Program-made: the position numbers and the translations under genes
Shown here: positions 22,357-31,139 of the stretch, piece by piece
Numbering within the stretch: position 1 is the first letter of the stretch
Layout: every line of letters begins with the position of its first letter
The notes under the pieces: generated by a model
The model's database searches: none
Seen by the model: the letters and a program-made list of their open reading frames with translations, nothing else
What the model was told of the DNA's origin: nothing
Source: Arthrobacter hankyongi
Lineage (GTDB): Bacteria; Actinomycetota; Actinomycetes; Actinomycetales; Micrococcaceae
Reading direction: 5' to 3'
Length of the DNA: 32,000 bases
Assembly (NCBI RefSeq): GCF_022012395.1
Contig: NZ_JAKLTQ010000009.1
Location: forward strand, 66,323-98,322

Positions 22357-24671
22357 TGGTGTGTTCCCACGGTGCGGGTCTCGGCGGCGAGCGCCGAGTC
22401 GAGAGTGTCGATGACGTGATCGAGCTCGTCCCGCTCGATCACGAGGGGCGGGCGGATCTTCAGGACGTTGTCGTTGGGGCCGATGCGGCTGATGAGGATC
22501 CGTTCGCGCACGAGCGCTTCAACGAGCCGCTTGGCCAGCGGGCTGTCGGGGTTGCCGTCTTCGTCGACGAGGGCCAGCCCGAAGAACAGCCCGCGCCCCT
22601 TGGCCGCAGCCACGCGGGGCTGGCGGGCGGCGAGCTCCCGGAGGCGTCCGGCCACGTGGCGTCCGAGTCCGCCCGTGCGGGCGAGGAGGTCCCGGTCCTT
22701 GAGTTCGTCCAGCACGGCTTTGCCCGCCGCGGCGGCGGCGGGGGTGCCGGCGAACGTGTTGAAGTACATGTTCGCGCTGCTGAAGTCCTCGAGGACCGCC
22801 TGGGTCGTCACCACCCCGCCGAGCGGGTATCCGTTGCCCAGCGGTTTGCCGAGGGTGACCATGTCCGGGCTGATGCCGGTGGCCTGGTGGCCCCACCAGA
22901 CGTCGCCGAGGCGGCCGAGGCCGGCCTGCACCTCGTCGGCGATGACGAGGCCGCCGGCCGCGCGGATGCGTTCGACGAGTCCCGGCAGGTATCCCTCCGG
23001 CAGGCGCGGGAGGCCCTCGGTGGAGAAGGCCGGCTCGATGAGCAGCGCAGCGAGGCCGTGCCCGTCCTTCTCGAGCGAGGCGATGGCCTGGTCGATCTCG
23101 GCGAACGCGGCGGCGAGCTGTTCTCCGGGGTCGGCCCGTCGGGGATCGTCAAGGTCGGGGATGTTGATGGTGCGCACGTGCTGGCCGAAGGGTTCGGAGA
23201 CGGTTAGTCCGGTCGTCAGGGAGGCCAGGGCAATCGTGTTGCCGTGGTAGCTGTGGTCGGTCACGATCACGCCGCTGCGGCCGGTCCGGTGCCGGGCAAT
23301 GCGCAGCGCCAGTTCATTGGCCTCGGATCCGCTGTTGGTGAAGTAAACCCGGTCGAGGGGAGCGTCGAAGGTGGCCAGCAGTTGTTCGGCGTAGTCGACG
23401 ACAGGCTCGCTAAGGTAGCGCGTGTGGACGTTGTAGGTGTTCAGTTGGGCGCATACGGCATCCGCGACGCGGGGGTTGGCATGCCCGACATGCGGCACGT
23501 TGTTGTAGGCGTCGAGGTAGCGCTGGCCGTCCGCATCGGTGAGCCACACGCCGTCGCCCGATACGAAGTGCCGTGGGCGGTCGTAGAACAGCGGCGAGTA
23601 GGGGCCGATGGTCTTGGCCCGCCTCGCCAGCAGCTGTCGGTCGCGGTCGGGAAGGGGGGCTGGAGCCGCGCTGGGGGCCGGCCCAATGAATCCGCGGCAC
23701 AGGTCCAGGACGACCGGCAGGACCTCGGCGCGCAGGAAGGCGCTCGTCTCGTCCCCGGGCCGGTCGGCTGCCCATCCCAGGTAGGTAAGACCCCGGGCCA
23801 GTACCAATGCGTTCAGCGCTTCGGCGGCACCTTCCGGGATCTTGGCATGCCGCTCGTAGCCCTGCAGCAGCGCCTCGCGGTACTCGTTGGCGCGGGGATG
23901 GCGGTGGTACCAGAACAGGACGGTGGCCAGGTCGAAGAGCCACCAGCCTTCCCCGAAGTCGTCGAAGTCGATGAGCGTGAGGCGTCCTTGCGAGGTGAGG
24001 ACGTTCTCGGGGGTGAAGTCGGCGTGGATGACGCCGTAGACGTCCGGGCCGGTGCCGAGATCCTTGAGGGTCCGGCGGATGCCGGCGAGGGCTTCTGCGA
24101 TGGTCGCACGGTCCTTTTCCGTCTCGGCCAGCCGGCGCGGATCGCCCCATAGCGGATCCTGCCCTGCCAGGCCATCAGCGTCCCAGGCCTGCCGCGAGTA
24201 GCCCGGAATCCGGCCGAGGTCGCGGACGGTTGTGTGGAGCCGGCCGCAGAGTTCGCCGAGCTGCTCGAATGCCTCTGCGCTCAGGCCGTCCTTCCCCGCC
24301 CAGGCTTCTGCCGCGTCGCCGAGCGGAACCGAGTCCTCGACCCACCGCTGGACGTCCACGTGGTGCCCGCGGCCCTGCTCGTCGGGGACCACCGCGAAGA
24401 GCCTGCCATCAAGGGACGGCACAACTTCGGGGACCGGCAGGCCGGCTGTGCCCAAGGCGGCCATGTAGGCGTTCTCCGTATGCACCTCGGCATCGCTGCG
24501 GTGCCCAAGGCGGTGAATGCGCAGCGCGTAGGAGCCGCCGGCGTCCGAGACCCGGAAGACGACGTTCTCGCGGTGCTTGACGAACTCGATGTCCGCACTT
24601 GCGGAGATTCCGAACGAATCAAGGGCGCGCCGCGCAAGTGCGAGGGCATCCTCTCGGGAGAGGTTTGACAT
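22353..24671 (-). CDS. Bifunctional fusion of an N-terminal APH/choline-kinase-like phosphotransferase and a C-terminal class-III PLP aminotransferase-fold enzyme (candidate amino-alcohol kinase / O-phospho-amino-alcohol phospho-lyase)
   Basis: The preferred start is ATG 24671 (MSNLSREDALALARR...), with GGAAGGAA upstream. The track start at 24725 is possible. Kinase motifs are HADFTPENVL (HxDxxxxN) and IDFDDFG. PLP-fold motifs are FTNSGSEANELALRIAR, LIADEVQAGLGRLG and MVTLGKPLGNGYPLG (the Schiff-base Lys). Confidence 0.85.
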   Translation of the reverse strand: MSNLSREDALALARRALDSFGISASADIEFVKHRENVVFRVSDAGGSYALRIHRLGHRSDAEVHTENAYMAALGTAGLPVPEVVPSLDGRLFAVVPDEQGRGHHVDVQRWVEDSVPLGDAAEAWAGKDGLSAEAFEQLGELCGRLHTTVRDLGRIPGYSRQAWDADGLAGQDPLWGDPRRLAETEKDRATIAEALAGIRRTLKDLGTGPDVYGVIHADFTPENVLTSQGRLTLIDFDDFGEGWWLFDLATVLFWYHRHPRANEYREALLQGYERHAKIPEGAAEALNALVLARGLTYLGWAADRPGDETSAFLRAEVLPVVLDLCRGFIGPAPSAAPAPLPDRDRQLLARRAKTIGPYSPLFYDRPRHFVSGDGVWLTDADGQRYLDAYNNVPHVGHANPRVADAVCAQLNTYNVHTRYLSEPVVDYAEQLLATFDAPLDRVYFTNSGSEANELALRIARHRTGRSGVIVTDHSYHGNTIALASLTTGLTVSEPFGQHVRTINIPDLDDPRRADPGEQLAAAFAEIDQAIASLEKDGHGLAALLIEPAFSTEGLPRLPEGYLPGLVERIRAAGGLVIADEVQAGLGRLGDVWWGHQATGISPDMVTLGKPLGNGYPLGGVVTTQAVLEDFSSANMYFNTFAGTPAAAAAGKAVLDELKDRDLLARTGGLGRHVAGRLRELAARQPRVAAAKGRGLFFGLALVDEDGNPDSPLAKRLVEALVRERILISRIGPNDNVLKIRPPLVIERDELDHVIDTLDSALAAETRTVGTHQ

Positions 24672-24757
24672 CGTGCTGGTTCCTTCCATCCGGCCACGTT
24701 TATGGACTGCAGGTCTGGGAAACATCCTTACACTCCGATGCAGGCATCTGGAATACC

Positions 24758-24774
24758 AGTACGGTAACCATACT
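24758..24774. promoter_or_regulatory. Candidate TetR operator in the divergent intergenic region
   Basis: 17-bp imperfect palindrome AGTAcGGTaACCaTACT (7/8 pairs), flanked by the similar short palindromic units TCTGGAATACCAG and TCTGGAAATCAGA. This is the least GC-rich part of the 214-bp region between the fusion gene and the SDR gene. Confidence 0.3.
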
Positions 24775-24885
24775 CAGAGTCTGGAAATCAGACGGCTATT
24801 CCATGCGGCGCACCTGCGTGAGTACATTCGCTGCACCGGTCCGCGAAGGCCGGGGCCGAGCACTTTCAAGACCGGAGCAGATGTG

Positions 24886-25659
24886 ATGACGGAACACGAC
24901 AACGGGGGGCTCCCCAAGCGGGTAGTAGTAACCGGCGGGTCCTCCGGGATCGGCTTCGCCGTGGCGAAATACTTCCTGGAGTCCGGCACGAGCGTCGGCA
25001 TCATCGGCCGCGATCCGGCCAGACTCGAAGCCGCTGCCGAGGAGCTGGGCCGATCGGCCCACGGAAGGATCGAGGCCGCCTGCGCCGATGTCCGGGACGA
25101 GCAGCGGATTGGGATGGTCATCGACGAACTCGCCGGCAGCATGGGCGGCATCGACACCCTTGTGGCGGCCGCCGGCACGGAGGGCGAGATGGGGGCGGCC
25201 TGCGAGGACGTCACTGCAGCATCCTTCCGGGATGTCCTCGACATCAATGTCGTCGGCACCTTCCTGGCGGTGCGGCACGCACTGCCGCACCTGAAGCGGG
25301 CCGACGCCGGAAACGTCGTGATCGTGGGCTCGGACTCGGGCTTCGTCGCGGTACCGGGGATGTTGGCCTACAACGCGTCAAAGGGTGCGCTGGTCCAACT
25401 CACCCGTGCCCTGGCGGTCGAGCTCTTCGACGTCCACGGGATCCGGGTCAACAGCGTATGCCCGTCGATCGTGGACACGCCGATGGCCCGCCGCGGACTG
25501 GGTGTCGACTCCTTCACCGACGCGGCATACCCGGTCCAGGAAGCGGCAGACATCGCCTGGAGCGTGGGCTACCTGTCGTCCCACCGCTCACGTGCCATCA
25601 ACGGCGTGAACCTGCTGTCCGATTTCGGCTACACCGGCCGCTCCTCCTTCCCTGCATGA
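24886..25659 (+). CDS. Short-chain dehydrogenase/reductase (classical SDR)
   Basis: 257 aa from ATG 24886 (MTEHDNGGLPKRVVVTGGSSGIGFAV...). Cofactor motif TGxxxGIG and catalytic YNASK. The upstream part of the 360-aa track ORF is non-coding. Confidence 0.88.
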   Translation: MTEHDNGGLPKRVVVTGGSSGIGFAVAKYFLESGTSVGIIGRDPARLEAAAEELGRSAHGRIEAACADVRDEQRIGMVIDELAGSMGGIDTLVAAAGTEGEMGAACEDVTAASFRDVLDINVVGTFLAVRHALPHLKRADAGNVVIVGSDSGFVAVPGMLAYNASKGALVQLTRALAVELFDVHGIRVNSVCPSIVDTPMARRGLGVDSFTDAAYPVQEAADIAWSVGYLSSHRSRAINGVNLLSDFGYTGRSSFPA

Positions 25660-25684
25660 CCTCTCTTCTGCGAAAGGCAGACCG

Positions 25685-27148
25685 ATGACAGCCCCAGCCA
25701 CCACCAGCCAGCATGACGCCCTGTCGAGGAACTCCCTCGGGGTCTTCGGCGTGGCTTTCCTTGTCCTGGCCGCCGTCGCACCCCTGACCGGCATCGTCGT
25801 CATCACCGCCATCGGCATCGCCCTGGGCAACGGCGGCGGCATGGTCGCGTCGTTCATTGCCGTGACGGCGGTACTGTTGCTGTTCGGCACCGGCTACGCC
25901 CGTATGTCGAGTGAACTCGTCAACGCCGGCGGCTTCTACTCCTTTGTGCTCCGGGGCCTGGGCCGGCCCGCCGCACTCGTCACCGGGCTCGTGGCCATGA
26001 TCGGCTACAACTTTTTCGTTGCCGGCGCCGTAGGCACGATCGGCTTCTTCGCGCAGACCGTGATCGCGCAGCTGACCGGACTCGACCTGCACTGGTATAT
26101 CTGGGCGGTCATCTCTGTGGTCGCAGCCTTCGCGCTCAGCCGCCAAGGCATCGGCTTCAGCGCAAAGGTGCTCGGAGCCTCGCTGGTCTGCGAAGTGCTC
26201 ATCCTCCTGGTCTTCGACTTCGCGGTGCTCTTCACCCACGGGTTCGACCTTGACGTCTTCAAGCCCGACGTCGCGTTCTCCGGCGCGGTGGGCATCGCAT
26301 TCCTCTTCGCCTCCAACGCCTTCGTCGGCGTCGAGGCCACGGGCCTCTTCAGCGAAGAGGCCCGTGATGCCAAACGCACCATCCCGCGCGCCACGTTCGT
26401 GGCCATCGGCTTCATCGGCGTCTTCGCGGCCTTCACCACCTGGGCCATCGTCAGCGCCACCGGCGCCGCACAGGCCCAGGACGTTGCCTTGGGGCATCTG
26501 GAAGCGGGCGACCTCGTCTTCTCCCTCTCCAGCAGCTACCTTGGTGCCGCCCTCACTACCGTGATGATGGCGCTTCTCCTGGTCAGTCTCTTCGCCGCGC
26601 TCATGGCCCTGCACAACTCCGCAACCCGCTACATCTACTCCCTCAGCCGGGCACGCATTCTGCCGCAGAGCCTCAGCCGCACCCGCAACAACGGAGTCCC
26701 CGAGCGCGCCTCGATCGTGCAGTTCGTCTTCGCCACCGCCGTGGCCGGCCTTTTCGCCCTGGCCGGGCTCGACCCCATCACGTCCCTGGTGCCAAGCATG
26801 ACCGGTTTCGGCACCCTGGGCATCATCACCCTCCAGCTGCTCGCCGCCGTCGCCATTGTCGTGCACTTCCGCCGTACCCGGGATCGGCGGCTCTTCTCCA
26901 CCCTCATCGCGCCAGGCATCGGGCTGCTTGGGCTCCTGGTGATCGTCGTCCTGGCCATCATCAACTTTCCCGTCCTGGCCGGCTCCGACGCGCCGATCAT
27001 TGCCGGCCTGCCCCTGCTGCTGCTCGCCGCCCTCGCAGGGGGGCTCCTGTGGGCCGCGTATCTGCGCAGGAACCGGCCTGAGGTGTACGACGGGCTCAAC
27101 CACGACCTCGAGCGCTTCGAGGACAACGTCCCCGAGGCCCACCAGTAG
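25685..27148 (+). CDS. APC-superfamily amino acid/amine permease
   Basis: 487 aa, about 12 TM helices, with a typical APC N-terminus (LGVFGVAFLVLAAVAPLTG). The 526-aa ORF on the opposite strand is Gly/Asp/Glu/Arg junk. Confidence 0.85.
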   Translation: MTAPATTSQHDALSRNSLGVFGVAFLVLAAVAPLTGIVVITAIGIALGNGGGMVASFIAVTAVLLLFGTGYARMSSELVNAGGFYSFVLRGLGRPAALVTGLVAMIGYNFFVAGAVGTIGFFAQTVIAQLTGLDLHWYIWAVISVVAAFALSRQGIGFSAKVLGASLVCEVLILLVFDFAVLFTHGFDLDVFKPDVAFSGAVGIAFLFASNAFVGVEATGLFSEEARDAKRTIPRATFVAIGFIGVFAAFTTWAIVSATGAAQAQDVALGHLEAGDLVFSLSSSYLGAALTTVMMALLLVSLFAALMALHNSATRYIYSLSRARILPQSLSRTRNNGVPERASIVQFVFATAVAGLFALAGLDPITSLVPSMTGFGTLGIITLQLLAAVAIVVHFRRTRDRRLFSTLIAPGIGLLGLLVIVVLAIINFPVLAGSDAPIIAGLPLLLLAALAGGLLWAAYLRRNRPEVYDGLNHDLERFEDNVPEAHQ

Positions 27149-27224
27149 GACTCCCCGTGGCGGGCACCCTTTTCGCATCCATGCCGAGGTGCAGAAGTTC
27201 AGATTCGAAAATCAAGGAGTGAAC

Positions 27225-28931
27225 ATGGCAAAGGATTCCCCGATCGATTTCATCGTGACCGGTGGGCCGGTCTACACGAGCGACCCGGACCATGAGTGGG
27301 CAGAGGCCTTCGTCGTCTCCGGGGGCAAGATCAAGGCGGTCGGTACGGAGGCCGAGCTCCGGGCCCTGGCAGGCGGTTCCGTGCCGGTCCTGGACCTTGA
27401 GGGACGGCTGGCATTGCCCGGTCTCGTCGACGTGCACGCCCATCTGGGGCTCGGGGGCCGCCAGCTGGCCTTCGAGTTGCCGCTCCTGCCGACCGACTCG
27501 ACCGCTGAAATCTTTGCGAAAGTACGCGCCTGGGTGGAGCGGCTCGGCCCGGAAGAGTGGGTCGTCGGGGGCATTGTGGGGTCGACGGTCATGGACGACA
27601 TCACCGTCCAGGATCTTCAGCTGCTGGACGAGGCAGCCCAGGGCCACACCGTGATGCTGCGCGACGATTCCATGCACAATCGCTGGGTCAACTCCCGCGC
27701 TCTGGAGGTCATGGGCGTTACTCGGGATTCACCGAATCTCGAGGGCGGGACCTATGTCCGCGACGACGCAGGAAACCTCACCGGCGTCCTGCATGAGCTG
27801 GCCGGCGGCCTCGCCGAAGCCGCCGCGGCGGCCTCCATCAGGGACCTGGACCAGTACAACGCCGTGGCACTCAAGACGGCGATCCGTACGTTGAACTCCT
27901 TCGGCATCACCTCCGTCCAGGAGGCAGCGACCATGGACTACGCCCTCAAGACGCTCCACCACCTTGACGGACAGGGGGAACTGACCGCGCAGGTCGTCGC
28001 CTCCATGCCGTCGCGCACCTTCATCGAACCGGGCATCACCGGCCCGGACCTCTACGAGATCGGGTCGAAACACCGCAGCGAGCATGTGCGCCCGGACTTC
28101 TCCAAATACGTCCTCGACGGGGTCCCGATGACGCGGACCTCCGCCATGCTCCATCCCTATATCTGCAGCCACCCCACCCACGAGCCGGACTTTACCGGCG
28201 AGTCATTGTGGGAGCTTGCTGACCTGGTCAGGTCCTTAGAGGATCTGGTCGACCGCGGGCTGCACGCCAAGCTCCACGCCACCGGAGATGCCGCCGTCCG
28301 CCGGGTGCTCGACGCCGTCGAGGCGGTCCGCAAGAGCCGCGGCTATGGGGCCATCTTCCAGATTGCCCACGTCGAGTACATCGATGACGCAGACCTCCGC
28401 CGCTTCGCCGAGCTGCAGGTCGTGCCGGACGCCTCGCCATACCTGTGGTTCCCCTCCGTCATCCAGGAAAGCATCGCCAAGCAGATCCCTGCCGAAACCT
28501 TCGACAAGTCCTGGCCTCTGCGGGACCTGTTCGAGGACGGGGCCCTGGTTTCCGGCGGATCGGACTGGCCGTGCGCGGCGCCGACTCCGGACCCGTGGAC
28601 AGGCCTGGAAACCATGGTCACCCGGCGCAGTCCCGATCCCTCGGTCGCCGGCGAGCTCAACGCCGGCCAGGGTATCGACCTCCGGCAGGCTGTCGCCGCC
28701 TTCACCCGCAACCCTGCCGCCGCCATGGGGCTGGGCGAGGTTACCGGCATGCTCAGGCCGGGACTCGCTGCGGACTTTATCGTCCTTGACCAGGACATCT
28801 TCCGTGAAGATCCGTCCGCCATCCACAAGACCAAGGTCCTGCAGACGTACTTTGAAGGCCGCCTCGTGTACGACGCCGGCGATGCTGACGGCTCCGCCCA
28901 TACCTCGGACATGGTTCGCAGCAGCAGCTAG
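27225..28931 (+). CDS. Amidohydrolase-family metallo-hydrolase (YtcJ-like / amidohydrolase_3)
   Basis: 568 aa from ATG 27225, with AAGGAG 5 nt upstream. Contains MAKDSPIDFIVTGGPVYT, the metal motif LPGLVDVHAHLG, and a C-terminal GGSDWP...D loop. Confidence 0.82.
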   Translation: MAKDSPIDFIVTGGPVYTSDPDHEWAEAFVVSGGKIKAVGTEAELRALAGGSVPVLDLEGRLALPGLVDVHAHLGLGGRQLAFELPLLPTDSTAEIFAKVRAWVERLGPEEWVVGGIVGSTVMDDITVQDLQLLDEAAQGHTVMLRDDSMHNRWVNSRALEVMGVTRDSPNLEGGTYVRDDAGNLTGVLHELAGGLAEAAAAASIRDLDQYNAVALKTAIRTLNSFGITSVQEAATMDYALKTLHHLDGQGELTAQVVASMPSRTFIEPGITGPDLYEIGSKHRSEHVRPDFSKYVLDGVPMTRTSAMLHPYICSHPTHEPDFTGESLWELADLVRSLEDLVDRGLHAKLHATGDAAVRRVLDAVEAVRKSRGYGAIFQIAHVEYIDDADLRRFAELQVVPDASPYLWFPSVIQESIAKQIPAETFDKSWPLRDLFEDGALVSGGSDWPCAAPTPDPWTGLETMVTRRSPDPSVAGELNAGQGIDLRQAVAAFTRNPAAAMGLGEVTGMLRPGLAADFIVLDQDIFREDPSAIHKTKVLQTYFEGRLVYDAGDADGSAHTSDMVRSSS

Positions 28932-29086
28932 GAAAATCTGCGGGCGGCGCCCATGATCCGGCCGCCGACAGCGGAATGAACCACCAAGCCTCCGCGTCGC
29001 AGCCCTCCCCGTTCGCGGCCTACCCCAGGCGCTCCGCGCGCGGGAACCCCGGGCCGCTCTCTTAGCTCGCTTCGCTCGCCGCGGCG

Positions 29087-30229
29087 CTAGCTGGCCAGCA
29101 CGGCGCGGTCGCGGCCCTGGGACTTCGCCTTGTACAGGGCGCCGTCGGCGGCGGCGATGACCGCGGCCAGGTTGTCGGCGCCGGGATCGATCGCCGCGAT
29201 GCCGTAACTGGCGGTGGGCATGCGGAAGCCGTCCTGCGGCTGCCTCCGCCGGTGGCTGAGGCTGATCTGCCGGGCCACGTCCTTGGCCTGCCCCGGCTCG
29301 GCCCCGGGCAGCAGCAGGACGAACTCCTCGCCGCCGTAGCGGCCGACCAGGTCGGTGGAACGGACGGTGGCGGTGCAGGCGGCGGCAAACGACTGCAGCG
29401 CGGCGTCGCCTGCCGCATGCCCGTGCCGGTCGTTGATGGACTTGAAATGGTCCAGGTCGGCCAGGATTAGCACCCCCGGGGTGCCGGTCCGCTGCAGCCG
29501 GCGCAGCTCGTCGTCGGCCAGGTCCAGGAACGCGGTGCGGTTGAGCAGGCCGGTCAGCCCGTCGAGGCTGGCCCGGGCGCGCAGTTCCCGGGTGACCTGC
29601 TCGTGGCTCAGGGCCGCCATGCTGAAGGAGACGACCACCAGCAGCATCATGTGCAGCAGCGTGGTGGGAACCGTGCCGAAGAAGGCCAGGAAGATGCGCC
29701 CTTGGGGTCCGTCGGCCAGGAACGCCAGGCACCGGCCGCCGTAATAGAGCGCAACGAAGCCGGCGGAGAAGGCCAGGGGCCTCCGCAGCCAGGTGTAGTC
29801 CGGCGGCAGGCGCCACAGTTCGACCGCCGACAGGCCGATCAGCAGTGCCATCAGGGCGAGGAAGAAAGGACCGCCGGCCCAATTATTGGTGGCCGGATGA
29901 TCCAGCACCGAGGGTACGGCCACCACCGCCGGGCCGGCCGCCAGCTGCCACAGCTTCGGTGTCGCCGCCCGCAGCGTGCGCGCGCCGGCCCAGACGCAGG
30001 CGGCCCCCAGCACGGTCAGGACATTGCCCACCGGGTTGGCCCAGAACTGTTGGGCGGTGCCGTTGAGCAGGTAGGCCGAGGACCCGGTCAGGAACAGGGT
30101 GATGGCCGCGCACCACCAGCCGCTGTAGGCCGAGCGGGTGCGGCGGTAGGTGACCAGGTAGAAGAGGATGAACAGGGTCAGTGCCACCACGGCGAAGGCG
30201 ACCCGCAGGGTTGCGGTGTCGAGGGTCAT
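29087..30229 (-). CDS. Membrane-anchored diguanylate cyclase (GGDEF) with an N-terminal ~6-TM sensor region
   Basis: 380 aa from ATG 30229 (MTLDTATLRVAFAVVALTLFILF...). Active site RYGGEEFVLLL, with an intact RxxD I-site (RSTD) 5 residues upstream, plus DLDHFKSINDRHGHAAGD. Confidence 0.88.
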   Translation of the reverse strand: MTLDTATLRVAFAVVALTLFILFYLVTYRRTRSAYSGWWCAAITLFLTGSSAYLLNGTAQQFWANPVGNVLTVLGAACVWAGARTLRAATPKLWQLAAGPAVVAVPSVLDHPATNNWAGGPFFLALMALLIGLSAVELWRLPPDYTWLRRPLAFSAGFVALYYGGRCLAFLADGPQGRIFLAFFGTVPTTLLHMMLLVVVSFSMAALSHEQVTRELRARASLDGLTGLLNRTAFLDLADDELRRLQRTGTPGVLILADLDHFKSINDRHGHAAGDAALQSFAAACTATVRSTDLVGRYGGEEFVLLLPGAEPGQAKDVARQISLSHRRRQPQDGFRMPTASYGIAAIDPGADNLAAVIAAADGALYKAKSQGRDRAVLAS

Positions 30230-30312
30230 ATCCAGGTCCCACCGGTTAATCGATATATGCCGGGTCCAGTATCGCAGCAGCACCGCCTGTATGTCCGGCA
30301 CGCCACGGGAGC

Positions 30313-30359
30313 GCACGACGGCGGCACCGGGGCGCGGTGCCCGGGCGCCGCCGTCGTGC
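30313..30359. repeat. GC-rich extended hairpin in the divergent intergenic region
   Basis: The 13-bp perfect arms are GCACGACGGCGGC (30313..30325) and GCCGCCGTCGTGC (30347..30359). An inner 5-bp helix pairs CCGGG with CCCGG. There is no flanking T-tract on either strand. Confidence 0.8.
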
Positions 30360-30443
30360 CCTTGACGGGCCCGGCGCCGGGGACAACGATGCCAATACCA
30401 CCACCCGCCAGTGCTGCCACAATGATCCGGAAGGCAGGAGTCC

Positions 30444-30788
30444 ATGGAAGCCGTCACCTGGTTCGCCCCCATTCTCGATGGCAAGCTCGAGGCTTGGCAG
30501 GCCTTTACGCAGGAGTTGATGGGCGCGCGGCAGGCCGAACACGTCGCCTCGCGGCGGCGCATGGGCATGGTCCGGGAAGTAGCCGGCCTGATGCAGACGC
30601 CCGCGGGCGACTTCGTCTGCCTGTTCCATGAGGCCGAGGACCTGGACCGGGCCTTCGCGATCCTGGCCGGATCGGAGGACCCGTACGATGTCTGGTTCCG
30701 CGCACAGATCACCGAACTGCACGGCATTACTTCCGACCAGCTGAAGCGTCCGCCGGCCACCGTCTATCTGGACTACCACCAGCGCTGA
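30444..30788 (+). CDS. Small conserved hypothetical protein (114 aa)
   Basis: An AGGAG RBS lies 5 nt upstream of ATG 30444, and GC3 bias is good. The sequence starts MEAVTWFAPILDGKLEAWQAFTQELMG.... I recognise no catalytic motif. Confidence 0.55.
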   Translation: MEAVTWFAPILDGKLEAWQAFTQELMGARQAEHVASRRRMGMVREVAGLMQTPAGDFVCLFHEAEDLDRAFAILAGSEDPYDVWFRAQITELHGITSDQLKRPPATVYLDYHQR

Positions 30789-30825
30789 CGCCGGAGGACC
30801 CGGACGCCCAAGGGGCACTCAACGC

Positions 30826-30853
30826 AAAAGGCCCCCGCCGTTAAGCGGGGGCC
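30826..30853 (-). terminator. Intrinsic terminator downstream of tRNA-Ser
   Basis: The minus strand reads GGCCCCCGC-ttaacg-GCGGGGGCC-TTTTG. That is a 9-bp GC stem (30830..30838 / 30845..30853) followed by a T-tract. It starts 6 nt after the tRNA 3' end. Confidence 0.75.
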
Positions 30854-30858
30854 TGACG

Positions 30859-30947
30859 CGGAGACGGGGGGATTTGAACCCCCGGTCGAGTTTAACCCCG
30901 ACCCTTCATTAGCAGTGAAGTCCATTCGGCCGCTCTGGCACGTCTCC
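30859..30947 (-). tRNA. tRNA-Ser (anticodon GCU), class II with a long variable arm, CCA not encoded
   Basis: The minus strand reads GGAGACG-TG-CCAGAGCGGCCGAATGG-A-CTTCA-CT-GCT-AA-TGAAG-GGTCGGGGTTAAACTCGACC-GGGGG-TTCAAAT-CCCCC-CGTCTCC-G. The acceptor, anticodon and T arms all pair, and a GTTCAAAT T-loop is present. Confidence 0.93.
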
Positions 30948-30971
30948 ATTTATGCTGTTTCCAGCCCACCT

Positions 30972-31001
30972 AGATTACCCAGAAGTGCCCCCGAAGAGCA
31001 A
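30972..31001 (-). promoter_or_regulatory. Candidate promoter for tRNA-Ser
   Basis: The minus strand reads TTGCTC-N18-TAATCT, ending 24 nt upstream of the mature tRNA 5' end. The -10 fits TAnnnT. Confidence 0.3.
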
Positions 31002-31139
31002 AACCCGCCGGGCTATTGCCCTGTCCGTGCCGGACGTGGCGGCCACCGGACCAATACCGGACACGACGGCGCCCCGGCCCCGGCCGCGGGGCGCCGGCTG
31101 CGCCCGCGGCCGGGTGGGGGCGGGGCGCCGTGCCCCGGG

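Noticed and set aside
25598-27178. A 526-aa minus-strand ORF
   Set aside because: It is antisense to the 12-TM APC permease and extremely Gly/Asp/Glu/Arg-rich, which makes it an artefact.
28236-29882. A 548-aa minus-strand ORF spanning the amidohydrolase 3' end and the GGDEF gene
   Set aside because: It is in the wrong frame for the GGDEF domain and antisense to the amidohydrolase, with an Arg/Pro/Gly-rich translation. The real cyclase gene is 29087..30229 in another frame.
30826-31139. tRNA-Ser as an integration site for a genomic island
   Set aside because: No integrase gene, no partial tRNA 3'-end direct repeat and no mobile-element genes are visible on either side within the window.
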